Notes: generated by a model from the letters alone, not told the origin. A DNA stretch of 60,560 bases from Clostridia bacterium (GCA_029006755.1 JAQXGO010000029.1:1-60560), one strand, 5' to 3'. Shown: positions 27,838 to 37,140, counted from the first letter of the stretch. Program-made: numbers and translations.

Positions 27838-29826
27838 ATGGAAAAAATCGGTGTATTTGTCTGCCATTGCGGCAGTAATATTGCCGCTACGGTGGATGTT
27901 TCCCGCGTTGTTGCAGCCGCGCTGACGGAGCCGGGAGTTGTCCATGCGGAGGATTACCCTTATATGTGCTCCGAGGCCGGACAGGCAAAGATTGCAGCAG
28001 CAATCAAAGAAAAGTCGCTGACCAGTCTTGTGGTCTGTTCCTGCTCGCCGCGTATGCATGAGGAAACCTTTCGTGCCGCAGCAAAGAAGGCAGGCATAAA
28101 TCCTTATATGGTGGAGATCGCCAATATCCGTGAGCATTGCTCTTGGATTCATAAGGATATGGAGGAGGCGACCGCAAAAGCGATTGTGCTGGCGCGTGCC
28201 GCCATTCAAAAGGTACATAGAAATGTACCGCTGTTCCCGGGGGAAAGCCTTGTTACCAAACGTGCTTTGGTCATTGGCGGCGGTATTGCCGGGATTCAGA
28301 CGGCTCTCGATATTGCAGATGCCGGTTATAAAGTAGATATTGTGGAGAAAACCCCCAGCATCGGCGGCCGTATGAGCCAGCTCGACAAAACCTTTCCGAC
28401 GTTGGATTGCTCGGCTTGTATTCTCACACCGAAGATGGTGGATGCTGCCGCGCACCCGAATATTACGATTTATACGTATAGCGAAGTGGAAAAGGTATCC
28501 GGATTTGTCGGGGATTTTACAGTTGAAATTCGAAAAAAAGCACGCTTTGTGGATGCCAATGCCTGTACGGGATGTGGCGTATGCCAGGAAAAATGTCCGT
28601 CCAAAAAGGCTATGAGTGAGTTTAACCGTGGCCTTTCCACGCGCAGTGCAATCTATACACCTTTTGCACAGGCCATTCCGAATGTGCCGGTCATTGATAC
28701 AGAGGCTTGTATTAAAATGAAAACCGGGAAGTGCGGGCTTTGCCAAAAGGTTTGCCAGGCAGGGGCGATTCATTATGACCAGAAGGATGAGATGATTACG
28801 GAAAAGTACGGAGCAATTATCGTTGCGACCGGTTTTGACGTCATACAGCTCGATGCCTATGATGAATATGCGTATAGTCAGTCGAAGGATGTCATCACCT
28901 CCTTGGAGCTGGAACGCATTATGAACGCTGCCGGACCGACCAAAGGGCACTTAGAACGCCTTTCAGACGGCAAGGCACCGAAGCATATTGTCTTTATCCA
29001 ATGTGTAGGCAGCCGTTGCGATGACCATAGAGGAAAGAGCTACTGTTCCAAAATCTGCTGTATGTATACCGCAAAGCATGCCATGCTGATTCGGGATAAG
29101 TACCCGGATGTAAAAGTCACGGTGTTTTATATTGATGTACGGACACCGGGCAAGAATTTTGATGAATTTTATCGCCGTGCCGTAGAGGAATACGGTGTGG
29201 AATATATCAAAGGACAGGTCGGCAAGGTGTTGCCGCAGCCGGACGGCAGTCTGTTGGTACGCGGTTCGGATTTGATTGACAATCGCCAGATCACCGTAGA
29301 GGCGGACATGGTGGTGCTTGCCGCAGCGATTGAGCCGGAAAAATCCGTAAGAAAGCTTGCAACCATGCTGACGGCAAGTATTGACACCAATAACTTTCTG
29401 ACGGAAGCGCATCCGAAGCTGCGCCCGGTAGAATCGCCGACAGCCGGCGTGTTTCTCTCCGGTGTCTGCCAAGGGCCGAAGGATATTCCGGAAACGGTTG
29501 CCCAGGCCGGTGCGGCAGCAGTCAAGGCGATTGGACTCCTTGCAAAGGATAAGCTGCTGACAAACCCCTGCACGGCGCAGTGTAATACGTTGTTGTGTAA
29601 TGGCTGCAGCACCTGTGAAAATGTTTGCCCGTATGGCGCAATTTCTTATGATGACCAAGAGGTAAATGACCACGGCAAGCGTGAAACCCGCCGGGTTGCT
29701 TCTGTGAATAATGCCCTTTGTCAAGGCTGCGGCGCATGTACGGTAGCTTGCCCGAGCGGCGCGATGGACTTGCAGGGCTTTTCAAACCGACAGCTGATAG
29801 CGGAGGTGGATGCAATATGTCGATAG
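27838..29826 (+). CDS. hdrA: Heterodisulfide reductase subunit A-like FAD/FeS flavoprotein
   Basis: 662 aa. N-terminal IGVFVCHCGSNIA, GGGIAGIQTALD FAD fold, FIQCVGSRCD...YCSKICCMY, and C-terminal ferredoxin CxxCxxCxxxCP motifs. Confidence 0.9.
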   Translation: MEKIGVFVCHCGSNIAATVDVSRVVAAALTEPGVVHAEDYPYMCSEAGQAKIAAAIKEKSLTSLVVCSCSPRMHEETFRAAAKKAGINPYMVEIANIREHCSWIHKDMEEATAKAIVLARAAIQKVHRNVPLFPGESLVTKRALVIGGGIAGIQTALDIADAGYKVDIVEKTPSIGGRMSQLDKTFPTLDCSACILTPKMVDAAAHPNITIYTYSEVEKVSGFVGDFTVEIRKKARFVDANACTGCGVCQEKCPSKKAMSEFNRGLSTRSAIYTPFAQAIPNVPVIDTEACIKMKTGKCGLCQKVCQAGAIHYDQKDEMITEKYGAIIVATGFDVIQLDAYDEYAYSQSKDVITSLELERIMNAAGPTKGHLERLSDGKAPKHIVFIQCVGSRCDDHRGKSYCSKICCMYTAKHAMLIRDKYPDVKVTVFYIDVRTPGKNFDEFYRRAVEEYGVEYIKGQVGKVLPQPDGSLLVRGSDLIDNRQITVEADMVVLAAAIEPEKSVRKLATMLTASIDTNNFLTEAHPKLRPVESPTAGVFLSGVCQGPKDIPETVAQAGAAAVKAIGLLAKDKLLTNPCTAQCNTLLCNGCSTCENVCPYGAISYDDQEVNDHGKRETRRVASVNNALCQGCGACTVACPSGAMDLQGFSNRQLIAEVDAICR

Positions 29827-30254
29827 AGACAAACTGGAAACCAAAAATTGTAGCATTTTGCTGTAACTGGTGCAGCTATGCAGGGGCGGATCTTGCCGGT
29901 AGCAGCCGTTTGGACTATCCGGCAGAAGTGAAAATTATCCGCGTGCCTTGCTCCTGCCGTGTGAATCCCATGTTCATTCTGCGCGCTTTTGAGAAAGGGG
30001 CGGATGGCGTGATTCTCTGTGGCTGTCACCCCGGAGATTGCCACTATTCTACCGGGAACTATTATGCCCGTCGCCGTATGACGCTTTTGTGGTCCCTTTT
30101 GGACTTTATCGGTGTAGAAAAGGGACGAACAAGAGTGGAGTGGGTATCGGCGGCAGAAGGGGTTAAGTTCTCGACCACAATGAACGAATTTGTTGAAAAG
30201 ATATATAGTTTGGGCGAAAATGTCAGATTGGGGGATTTACGATGCAAGAATTAG
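29817..30254 (+). CDS. mvhD: MvhD/FlxD-like [2Fe-2S] electron-transfer subunit
   Basis: 145 aa. IVAFCCNWCSYAGADLAG...RVPCSCRV...ILCGCHPGDCHY signature. Overlaps the hdrA stop. Confidence 0.85.
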   Translation: MSIETNWKPKIVAFCCNWCSYAGADLAGSSRLDYPAEVKIIRVPCSCRVNPMFILRAFEKGADGVILCGCHPGDCHYSTGNYYARRRMTLLWSLLDFIGVEKGRTRVEWVSAAEGVKFSTTMNEFVEKIYSLGENVRLGDLRCKN

Positions 30255-31210
30255 TCGCTCGTTTAAAAGAGCTCCTTTCTGCGGGTACTGTTGACCGTGT
30301 CCTTGGTTGGAAACGGGGCGATAGTGATTGGAACCCGGAACCGGCTTTCTTTACAAGCGTAGAGAGCCTTGCAGATTTTGTATACGATGGCTTTTGCGGC
30401 GCAAATCTTTCTAAATATATGATAGAGGCCACAGCGCAGGAAGGCAGAACGGCTGTACTTTTAAAGCCTTGCGATACATACAGCTTTAACCGGCTTTTAG
30501 CGGAGCATCGCGTGGTACGGGAGAAAGCCTATGTCATCGGTGTAGGTTGCCGCGGTAAACTGGATATGGGTAAGCTGCGTAAGCTTGGCATGAAAGGGAT
30601 TCAGCACATTGAAGGGGCAGATGCCTTTGCAGGCGACACCCTGACAGTGGATACAGCCTATGGCAAAAAAACCTGTGCCTATCAGGATGCGCTTTTGGAT
30701 CGCTGCCATGTTTGCAAGGGTAAGACGCATGTTGTTTATGATGAGGTAATCGGCGCGTCCGCCGATACGACGGATATGGATCGGTTTGCAGAGGTGGAGC
30801 GCCTTGCAGCCATGTCCCCGGAGGAACGCTTTGCCTTCTTTCAGGGCGAACTTTCGCGGTGTATTCGTTGCAATGCCTGCCGCAATGTCTGCCCGGCCTG
30901 CTCTTGCCGCAAATGTGTGTTCGACGGAGATAGCTTCGACAGTGCGCAGAAGGCAAATGTCGATAGCTTTGAAGAAAAAATGTTTCATATCATCCGCGCC
31001 TTTCATGTAGCAGGGCGCTGTACCGATTGCGGGGAATGTAGCCGTGTTTGTCCGCAAGGCATACCGTTGCATCTTTTTAACCGCAAGCTCATTGGAGATA
31101 TCAATGCGTTTTACGGGGAGTATACCGCCGGAGAAACGGCGGAAAACAAAAACCCCCTCGTAAGCTTTACCACGGAGGATAGAGAACCGGGCGAAGGGAG
31201 GAATGCATAA
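30242..31210 (+). CDS. Iron-sulfur oxidoreductase subunit (FlxC / sulfhydrogenase-beta-like)
   Basis: 322 aa. CIRCNACRNVCPACSC and CTDCGECSRVCP cluster motifs. Overlaps the mvhD stop. Confidence 0.6.
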   Translation: MQELVARLKELLSAGTVDRVLGWKRGDSDWNPEPAFFTSVESLADFVYDGFCGANLSKYMIEATAQEGRTAVLLKPCDTYSFNRLLAEHRVVREKAYVIGVGCRGKLDMGKLRKLGMKGIQHIEGADAFAGDTLTVDTAYGKKTCAYQDALLDRCHVCKGKTHVVYDEVIGASADTTDMDRFAEVERLAAMSPEERFAFFQGELSRCIRCNACRNVCPACSCRKCVFDGDSFDSAQKANVDSFEEKMFHIIRAFHVAGRCTDCGECSRVCPQGIPLHLFNRKLIGDINAFYGEYTAGETAENKNPLVSFTTEDREPGEGRNA

Positions 31211-32238
31211 TGTTTAAAATTGCAAGAGAAGCTTTGCCTGCGTTGTTTGCCAAGATGGCGGAGATTGCAGATTTATTCCTACCGGTGAAAAATAACATAA
31301 ACACAGAGTATGCACGTTTTACACCGGAAAGCGCTGTGGATCTGGAGACCTTAAAGACAGCCAAATCCCCTAAGGATTTGTTTTTTCCGCAAAGCGAAAC
31401 ATTGTATACCTGCCATAGGGATGGCAAGAAATTGTCTGTTGTGCCGGAAAAACTTGCCGAGGCACCGTTTATTGTGTTCGGCATGCGTGCCTGTGATATA
31501 CAAGGCGTTGCGGTTTTGGACCGGGTATTTCTTTCCGAGCCGCAGGACAGCTTTTATGCGGCAAGACGGCAAAACGGTCTACTCATTGGCATGGCCTGTA
31601 CGGAACCGGAGGAAAGCTGTTTTTGCGGCACCTTTGGGATTGACCATACGGCGCCCGGCGGCGATGTGGACACGATGCTGACAAAAACGCATTTGTACTG
31701 GATGCCTTGCACGGAAAAGGGACAGGTGCTGACAGAAAAGTTAGCCGATCTTCTGCAAGAGGCCAAGGAGGATGAGCTCGACAAAGAAAAGGAGAAGGCA
31801 AAGGCCTTGATGGAGGCGATGCCCTATAAGGATGTATCGGTAGAGGGATGGGGCGCAGCCGCGGCGGATAAGAACTTTGACAGTCCGCTTTGGGAAAGCC
31901 TTGCAAAGCCTTGCCTTGCATGTGGCACGTGCACCTTTGTTTGCCCCACCTGCCAGTGCTACGATATCAAGGATTATGAAACCGGCCATGGCGTGAAACG
32001 CTATCGTTGCTGGGATTCCTGTATGTATTCCGACTTTACCATGATGGCGCACGGCAATAATCGCACCACCCAAATGCAACGCTTCCGCCAGCGGTTTATG
32101 CATAAGCTTGCGTATTTCCCTGCCAATAATGATGGGATGTTTTCTTGCGTGGGCTGCGGCAGATGTGTGGAAAAATGCCCAAGCGCATTGAATATTGTAA
32201 AAGTGATTAAGGCTTTTGGAGGTGAACAGCATGCATGA
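31210..32238 (+). CDS. Iron-sulfur subunit (AsrA / HydB / FlxB-like)
   Basis: 342 aa. FGMRACDIQG...ESCFCGTFG and CLACGTCTFVCPTCQC, CVGCGRCVEKCP motifs. TAATG junction. Confidence 0.65.
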   Translation: MFKIAREALPALFAKMAEIADLFLPVKNNINTEYARFTPESAVDLETLKTAKSPKDLFFPQSETLYTCHRDGKKLSVVPEKLAEAPFIVFGMRACDIQGVAVLDRVFLSEPQDSFYAARRQNGLLIGMACTEPEESCFCGTFGIDHTAPGGDVDTMLTKTHLYWMPCTEKGQVLTEKLADLLQEAKEDELDKEKEKAKALMEAMPYKDVSVEGWGAAAADKNFDSPLWESLAKPCLACGTCTFVCPTCQCYDIKDYETGHGVKRYRCWDSCMYSDFTMMAHGNNRTTQMQRFRQRFMHKLAYFPANNDGMFSCVGCGRCVEKCPSALNIVKVIKAFGGEQHA

Positions 32239-33085
32239 ATGTACCTGCCATCAAAACTATACGGCGGACACGCTGATTCCGAAGGTGGGCATCATCACGG
32301 ATATCCGGCAGGAAACGCCGGATGTAAAAACCTTTCGAGTCAACGCACCGGAGGGCGGAAAGCTCTTTGAGCACATGCCAGGTCAATGTGCGATGCTTTG
32401 TGCGCCGGGCATTAGTGAGGGGATGTTTTCCATTACTTCCTCGCCGACCAATAAGGAATATCAGGAATTCAGCATAAAAAAATGCGGAAGCTTAACGTCG
32501 TATTTGCATGACCTTTCCGTGGGAGATGCCATTACAGTGCGAGGCCCTTATGGCAATCATTTCCCCGTGGATTCGGCACTTTTAGGAAAGGATCTTCTGT
32601 TTATTGCCGGTGGGATCGGACTTGCGCCGCTGCGGAGTGTCATAAACTATGTGTTAGACAATCGCGAGCAGTACGGCAAGATTGATATTTTGTACGGCTC
32701 ACGCAGTGCGGATGATTTGGTGCAGCTGAAAGAAATCCGCGAAAAATGGATGCAGGCCGAGGGCGTGCAAGTCCATTTAACGATTGACAGACCCCAGGAG
32801 GGGTGGGACGGGCATGTTGGTTTTGTGCCGGCATACCTGAAGGAGCTGGGATTTTCCAATGACAAAACCGCACTCGTATGCGGACCGCCCATTATGATTA
32901 AGTTCGTTTTGGCGGCGTTAGAGGAAATGGGATTTTCCAAAAATCAGGTATATACCACCCTGGAACTTCGGATGAAATGCGGTGTCGGGAAATGCGGCAG
33001 ATGCAATATCGGCACAAAATATGTTTGTAAGGACGGGCCGGTATTTCGCTGTGACGAAATCGACGCCTTACCTGACGAATATTAA
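32231..33085 (+). CDS. FAD/NAD(P)-binding [2Fe-2S] subunit (AsrB / HydG / PyrK / FlxA-like)
   Basis: 284 aa. Ferredoxin-reductase fold (FIAGGIGLAPL, ALVCGPPIM) and C-terminal MKCGVGKCGRCNIG cluster motif. SD GGAGGTG. Confidence 0.8.
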   Translation: MHECTCHQNYTADTLIPKVGIITDIRQETPDVKTFRVNAPEGGKLFEHMPGQCAMLCAPGISEGMFSITSSPTNKEYQEFSIKKCGSLTSYLHDLSVGDAITVRGPYGNHFPVDSALLGKDLLFIAGGIGLAPLRSVINYVLDNREQYGKIDILYGSRSADDLVQLKEIREKWMQAEGVQVHLTIDRPQEGWDGHVGFVPAYLKELGFSNDKTALVCGPPIMIKFVLAALEEMGFSKNQVYTTLELRMKCGVGKCGRCNIGTKYVCKDGPVFRCDEIDALPDEY

Positions 33086-33103
33086 TTGAAAGGACGTGTT
33101 CGT

Positions 33104-33778
33104 ATGGACAATATGGTTAATGTGTATTTTTTCGGAAAAAAATACAGTGTTCCGGCAGAACTTACCATTATGACGGCGATGGAATATGCCGGCTACACCT
33201 TGTCCCGCGGTTGCGGCTGTCGGCATGGATTTTGCGGTGCTTGTGCCACCATTTACAGAATAAAGGGCAAGAATGAACTTTTCACCTGCCTTGCTTGCCA
33301 AACGCAGGTACAGGAGGGCATGTATATTGCCTCCATTCCGTTCTTCCCCACGGATAAACGCACATACTCGATGGAAGAAATCCGCCCGGAGGCACAGGTG
33401 ATGATGGAACTGTATCCGGAGATATATAGTTGTATCGGCTGCAATGCTTGTACAAAAGCCTGCACGCAGAGTTTGCCGGTTATGCAGTATATTGCATACG
33501 CACAGCGCGGAGATATTCAGGCTTGTGCGGAGGCTTCGTTTGATTGCATCGGCTGTGGCTGCTGTTCTGTTCGATGCCCGGCCGGGATTTCGCATCCGAT
33601 GGTCGGCCTTCTGGCAAGACGTCTTACAGGTAAGTACATTGCACCTACCTCCAAGCACTTAGTTGATCGCGTGGAAGAAATCCGGCATGGTGCATATGAC
33701 GAGATCATTGAAAAAGTAATGGGAAAATCCATTGACGAGATGAAAGAACTGTATAATCACAGAGAAATTGAGAAATAA
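33104..33778 (+). CDS. Succinate dehydrogenase/fumarate reductase iron-sulfur subunit-like protein
   Basis: 224 aa. GCRHGFCGACA...LAC [2Fe-2S] pattern as in SdhB/FrdB, then CIGCNACTKAC and CIGCGCCSVRCP. Confidence 0.75.
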   Translation: MDNMVNVYFFGKKYSVPAELTIMTAMEYAGYTLSRGCGCRHGFCGACATIYRIKGKNELFTCLACQTQVQEGMYIASIPFFPTDKRTYSMEEIRPEAQVMMELYPEIYSCIGCNACTKACTQSLPVMQYIAYAQRGDIQACAEASFDCIGCGCCSVRCPAGISHPMVGLLARRLTGKYIAPTSKHLVDRVEEIRHGAYDEIIEKVMGKSIDEMKELYNHREIEK

Positions 33779-33791
33779 GGAGGGATCCAAA

Positions 33792-35393
33792 ATGTTTACA
33801 CCGGAAATGCTCGCTTCCGTCAAAAAGGTGGAAGCAACCCGAAGCGCCCGTATGGGCATGGAGCCGCGTCGCATGACAGCGCAGGAAAAGGAGACCCTTC
33901 TGAAGGATTTCCATCCGGACTATCGGGCAGATGGCTTTGGCGAAATAAAAATCGGGCCGAACGCCGGACAAAAAGCACCGTTGGAGCTTTGCAATCTTCT
34001 TCATGGGAAAAGCCGGCTTTTAGATACAGAAATAGATTTAACGAAAATTGATTATGATACGGACGTTTTGATTATCGGTGGTGGCGGTGCAGGTGCCTCT
34101 GCAGCCATTGAGGCACATGAGGCTGGCGCAGATGTTATGATGGTCACAAAGCTTCGTATCGGCGATGCCAACACTATGATGGCAGAAGGCGGTATTCAGG
34201 CAGCAGATAAGGAAAATGATTCCCCGGCGCAGCATTATTTGGATGCATTTGGCGGCGGCCATTTTGCAGCCGTACCGGCACTTTTGCGGCGGCTGGTTAT
34301 GGAAGCACCGGATGCGATTCGTTGGCTGAATGCACTCGGCGTTATGTTTGATAAGGACGCAGACGGGAATATGATTACTACGCATGGCGGCGGCACTTCC
34401 CGTAAGCGTATGCACGCATGCAAGGACTATTCCGGCGCAGAAATTATGCGTAATTTGAGGGATGAGGTGCTTTGCCGTAATATTCCTGTCATCGAATTTA
34501 CTGCAGCAGTAGAATTGATTCTGGATGAAAAAGGACAAGTGGCCGGTGCGATTCTGCTGAATATGGAAACCGGCGACTACTTGGTTGCCCGTGCAAAGAC
34601 GGTGATTTTGGCTACTGGCGGCGCAGGACGGCTGCATTACCAGAATTTTCCCACCTCCAATCACTACGGTGCAACAGCAGACGGCTTGATTTTGGGCTAT
34701 CGTGCCGGTGCAGCACTGCTTTATCAGGATACCATTCAGTATCATCCTACCGGCGTGGCGTTCCCATCACAGCTTTTTGGGGCATTGGTAACAGAAAAAG
34801 TTCGTTCACTTGGGGCAATGCTCGTAAACCGTGAGGGAGAAGCCTTTATGCATCCCCTCGAAACGCGTGATGTTTCGGCGGCATCGATTATTCGGGAATG
34901 TACAGAACGTAAGCTGGGCGTGGAAACACCGATTGGCAGCGGTGTATGGCTGGATACGCCAATGATTGAAATGATTGGCGGCGAAGGCACGATTGAAAAA
35001 CGAATTCCTGCTATGCTGCGTATGTACTTGAATTATGGGATTGATATGCGGAAGCAACCGATTTTGGTGTATCCGACATTACACTATCAAAATGGTGGGC
35101 TTGCCATAAACGGAGACGGATTCACACCGAATATACCGAACCTTTTGGTTGCAGGTGAAGCGGTCGGCGGGATTCATGGCCGCAATCGCTTAATGGGCAA
35201 TTCCCTTTTGGATATTATTGTGTTCGGCAGAAATGCCGGTAAGGCAGCTGCCGGCCGTGCAAAGGAAATTGAGATCGGCAAGCTATCTTTGGCACATATT
35301 AAAAAATATCAAGCGGCACTTGAAGCGGCCGATGCCGCAACAGACGTGGTTTCGCCTCTCCTTCTGCCGCAGTACGCCCGCCATGTGCGGTAG
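33792..35393 (+). CDS. Fumarate reductase/succinate dehydrogenase/aspartate oxidase-family flavoprotein
   Basis: 533 aa. IIGGGGAGASAA FAD fold, QYHPTG, TEKVRSLGA, HYQNGG, AGEAVGGIHGRNRLMGNSL motifs. Has a ~95-aa N-terminal extension. Confidence 0.8.
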   Translation: MFTPEMLASVKKVEATRSARMGMEPRRMTAQEKETLLKDFHPDYRADGFGEIKIGPNAGQKAPLELCNLLHGKSRLLDTEIDLTKIDYDTDVLIIGGGGAGASAAIEAHEAGADVMMVTKLRIGDANTMMAEGGIQAADKENDSPAQHYLDAFGGGHFAAVPALLRRLVMEAPDAIRWLNALGVMFDKDADGNMITTHGGGTSRKRMHACKDYSGAEIMRNLRDEVLCRNIPVIEFTAAVELILDEKGQVAGAILLNMETGDYLVARAKTVILATGGAGRLHYQNFPTSNHYGATADGLILGYRAGAALLYQDTIQYHPTGVAFPSQLFGALVTEKVRSLGAMLVNREGEAFMHPLETRDVSAASIIRECTERKLGVETPIGSGVWLDTPMIEMIGGEGTIEKRIPAMLRMYLNYGIDMRKQPILVYPTLHYQNGGLAINGDGFTPNIPNLLVAGEAVGGIHGRNRLMGNSLLDIIVFGRNAGKAAAGRAKEIEIGKLSLAHIKKYQAALEAADAATDVVSPLLLPQYARHVR

Positions 35394-35415
35394 TTAAGGA
35401 AAGGAGCATTTTAGA

Positions 35416-36258
35416 ATGCGTGAAATCTCTGTCAATGAATTATCTCTTGTAATCGAAAGGCTTTGTATTGAAGCCAATACGTACCTGCCGGAAGATGTCA
35501 AATGCGCAATTCATACGTGCCGTGCCTGCGAGGACAGCACGATTGCCCAAGGGGTCTTAGACAATATTATTGAAAACTACGAGATTGCCGACCGCGAAAA
35601 CGTCCCGATTTGCCAGGACACCGGTATGGCATGCGTATTTTTGGAAATCGGACAGGATGTGCATTTGGTAGATGGCGACCTTGCCGCCGCAGTCGATGAG
35701 GGTGTGCGCCGCGGCTATGAAAAAGGATATTTGCGAAAATCCGTTGTGGGAGATCCGGTACGGCGCGGGAATACCGGCGATAATACACCGGCAATGCTTT
35801 ACACCGAGATTGTCCCCGGGGACAAAATACATGTCACGATTGCTCCGAAGGGCTTCGGCAGTGAGAATATGAGTGCAATTCGTATGTTTAAACCGTCTGC
35901 CGGTATTGAAGGCATTAAGGATTTTATTTTGGAAACTGTGGAGGCTGCAGGCCCGAATCCTTGTCCGCCTATGGTCATCGGCGTTGGAATTGGCGGCACA
36001 TTTGATAAGGCGGCACTGCTTGCCAAAAAAGCACTGCTTCGTCCGCTGAACACTTCTCATCCGGATCCGTACTATGCAGATCTCGAAAAGGAAATGCTGG
36101 AAAAGGTAAACAAGTTGGGCATTGGCCCGCAGGGCTTTGGCGGTAAAACCACAGCACTGGGGCTCAACATAGAAACTCTGCCCACCCATATAGCCGGCAT
36201 GCCGTGCGCAATCAATATCAATTGCCACGTGACCAGGCATAAATCCGCAGAGATATAA
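35416..36258 (+). CDS. Class I (Fe-S) fumarate hydratase, alpha/N-terminal subunit
   Basis: 280 aa. PICQDTGMA...APKGFGSENMS...GVGIGGT motifs of Fe-S hydro-lyases. Confidence 0.85.
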   Translation: MREISVNELSLVIERLCIEANTYLPEDVKCAIHTCRACEDSTIAQGVLDNIIENYEIADRENVPICQDTGMACVFLEIGQDVHLVDGDLAAAVDEGVRRGYEKGYLRKSVVGDPVRRGNTGDNTPAMLYTEIVPGDKIHVTIAPKGFGSENMSAIRMFKPSAGIEGIKDFILETVEAAGPNPCPPMVIGVGIGGTFDKAALLAKKALLRPLNTSHPDPYYADLEKEMLEKVNKLGIGPQGFGGKTTALGLNIETLPTHIAGMPCAININCHVTRHKSAEI

Positions 36259-36449
36259 CTTGAATTTTCAATCAAAGTTGTCCGCATTTGCCGTTAGCGG
36301 TGCAAAATTGTTGCAGGGAAGGCGAGAAGAAGACCTTCGCTGGGAACATGATGCGCTTTGCGGCGCCCTCGTGTCTTTTCGATAAGAAAGCGTGATGCCG
36401 AAGGAGCGGAACAACCGCATAAAATATAGAAATAGAAAGGAACTCCACT

Positions 36450-37010
36450 ATGGAAAAGCGTATAACCTTGCCGCTTACGCCAGCACTTGCCAAAACACTG
36501 CATGCAGGCGATCGTGTGCTTTTAACCGGCACCATTTATACCTCCCGCGATGCGGGGCATAAAAGAATGTGTGAAACTCTTGCTAAGGGAGAAAAGCTAC
36601 CCTTTGACCCACAGAATGCAACCATATATTATGTAGGCCCTACCCCTGCAAAACCGGGACAGGTGATTGGGTCTGCCGGACCGACAACCAGCGGACGTAT
36701 GGATGCGTATGCCCCGACCATGATGGCGGCCGGTGCACGCGGTATGATCGGGAAAGGTGCGAGACTGCCTGCCGTTGTGGAAGCTATGAAGGAGCATAGC
36801 GGTGTGTACTTTGGCGCCATTGGCGGCGCCGGTGCGCTTCTTGCAAAGTGCATAAAAAAGGCTGAGATGATTGCATACGAGGATTTGGGCGCAGAAGCCC
36901 TTCGTAAGCTTTATGTGGAGGATATGCCCCTGATTGTCATTATTGACACAGAGGGGAATAACCTGTACGAAACCGGGCGTGCGGACTACCTGAAATCTAC
37001 TGCAAAATAA
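36450..37010 (+). CDS. Class I fumarate hydratase, beta/C-terminal subunit
   Basis: 186 aa. LLTGTIYTSRDAGHKRM...GPTTSGRMD...IGKG pattern. Confidence 0.85.
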   Translation: MEKRITLPLTPALAKTLHAGDRVLLTGTIYTSRDAGHKRMCETLAKGEKLPFDPQNATIYYVGPTPAKPGQVIGSAGPTTSGRMDAYAPTMMAAGARGMIGKGARLPAVVEAMKEHSGVYFGAIGGAGALLAKCIKKAEMIAYEDLGAEALRKLYVEDMPLIVIIDTEGNNLYETGRADYLKSTAK

Positions 37011-37016
37011 ATCAGT

Positions 37017-37140
37017 GGGACGTAGAAAAATGCACAGAGCGCATAAAGCATAGGCATACAAAACATAGAATAAGCATACAAAATGTTGAAAAGTATGCGC
37101 GGAAATTCGTCAGTCGATGAATTTGTGAAAATAAAATACA
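37017..37140 (+). repeat. Repeat modules K2+E-like
   Basis: gggacgtagaaaaatgcacagagcgcataaagcataggcataca matches 37256-37300 exactly by eye and also 60448-60487. Internal stem gcgcata (37039-37045) / tatgcgc (37094-37100). Confidence 0.75.

Noticed and set aside
27814-28950. 378-aa ORF antisense to hdrA (also 28963-29724)
   Set aside because: Same reasoning: Arg/Cys/His-rich composition, no SD, and the sense strand carries unmistakable HdrA motifs.
27838-30254. Selenocysteine recoding in HdrA/MvhD, as occurs in some organisms
   Set aside because: Both ORFs are continuous with Cys at the expected cluster positions. There is no in-frame TGA.
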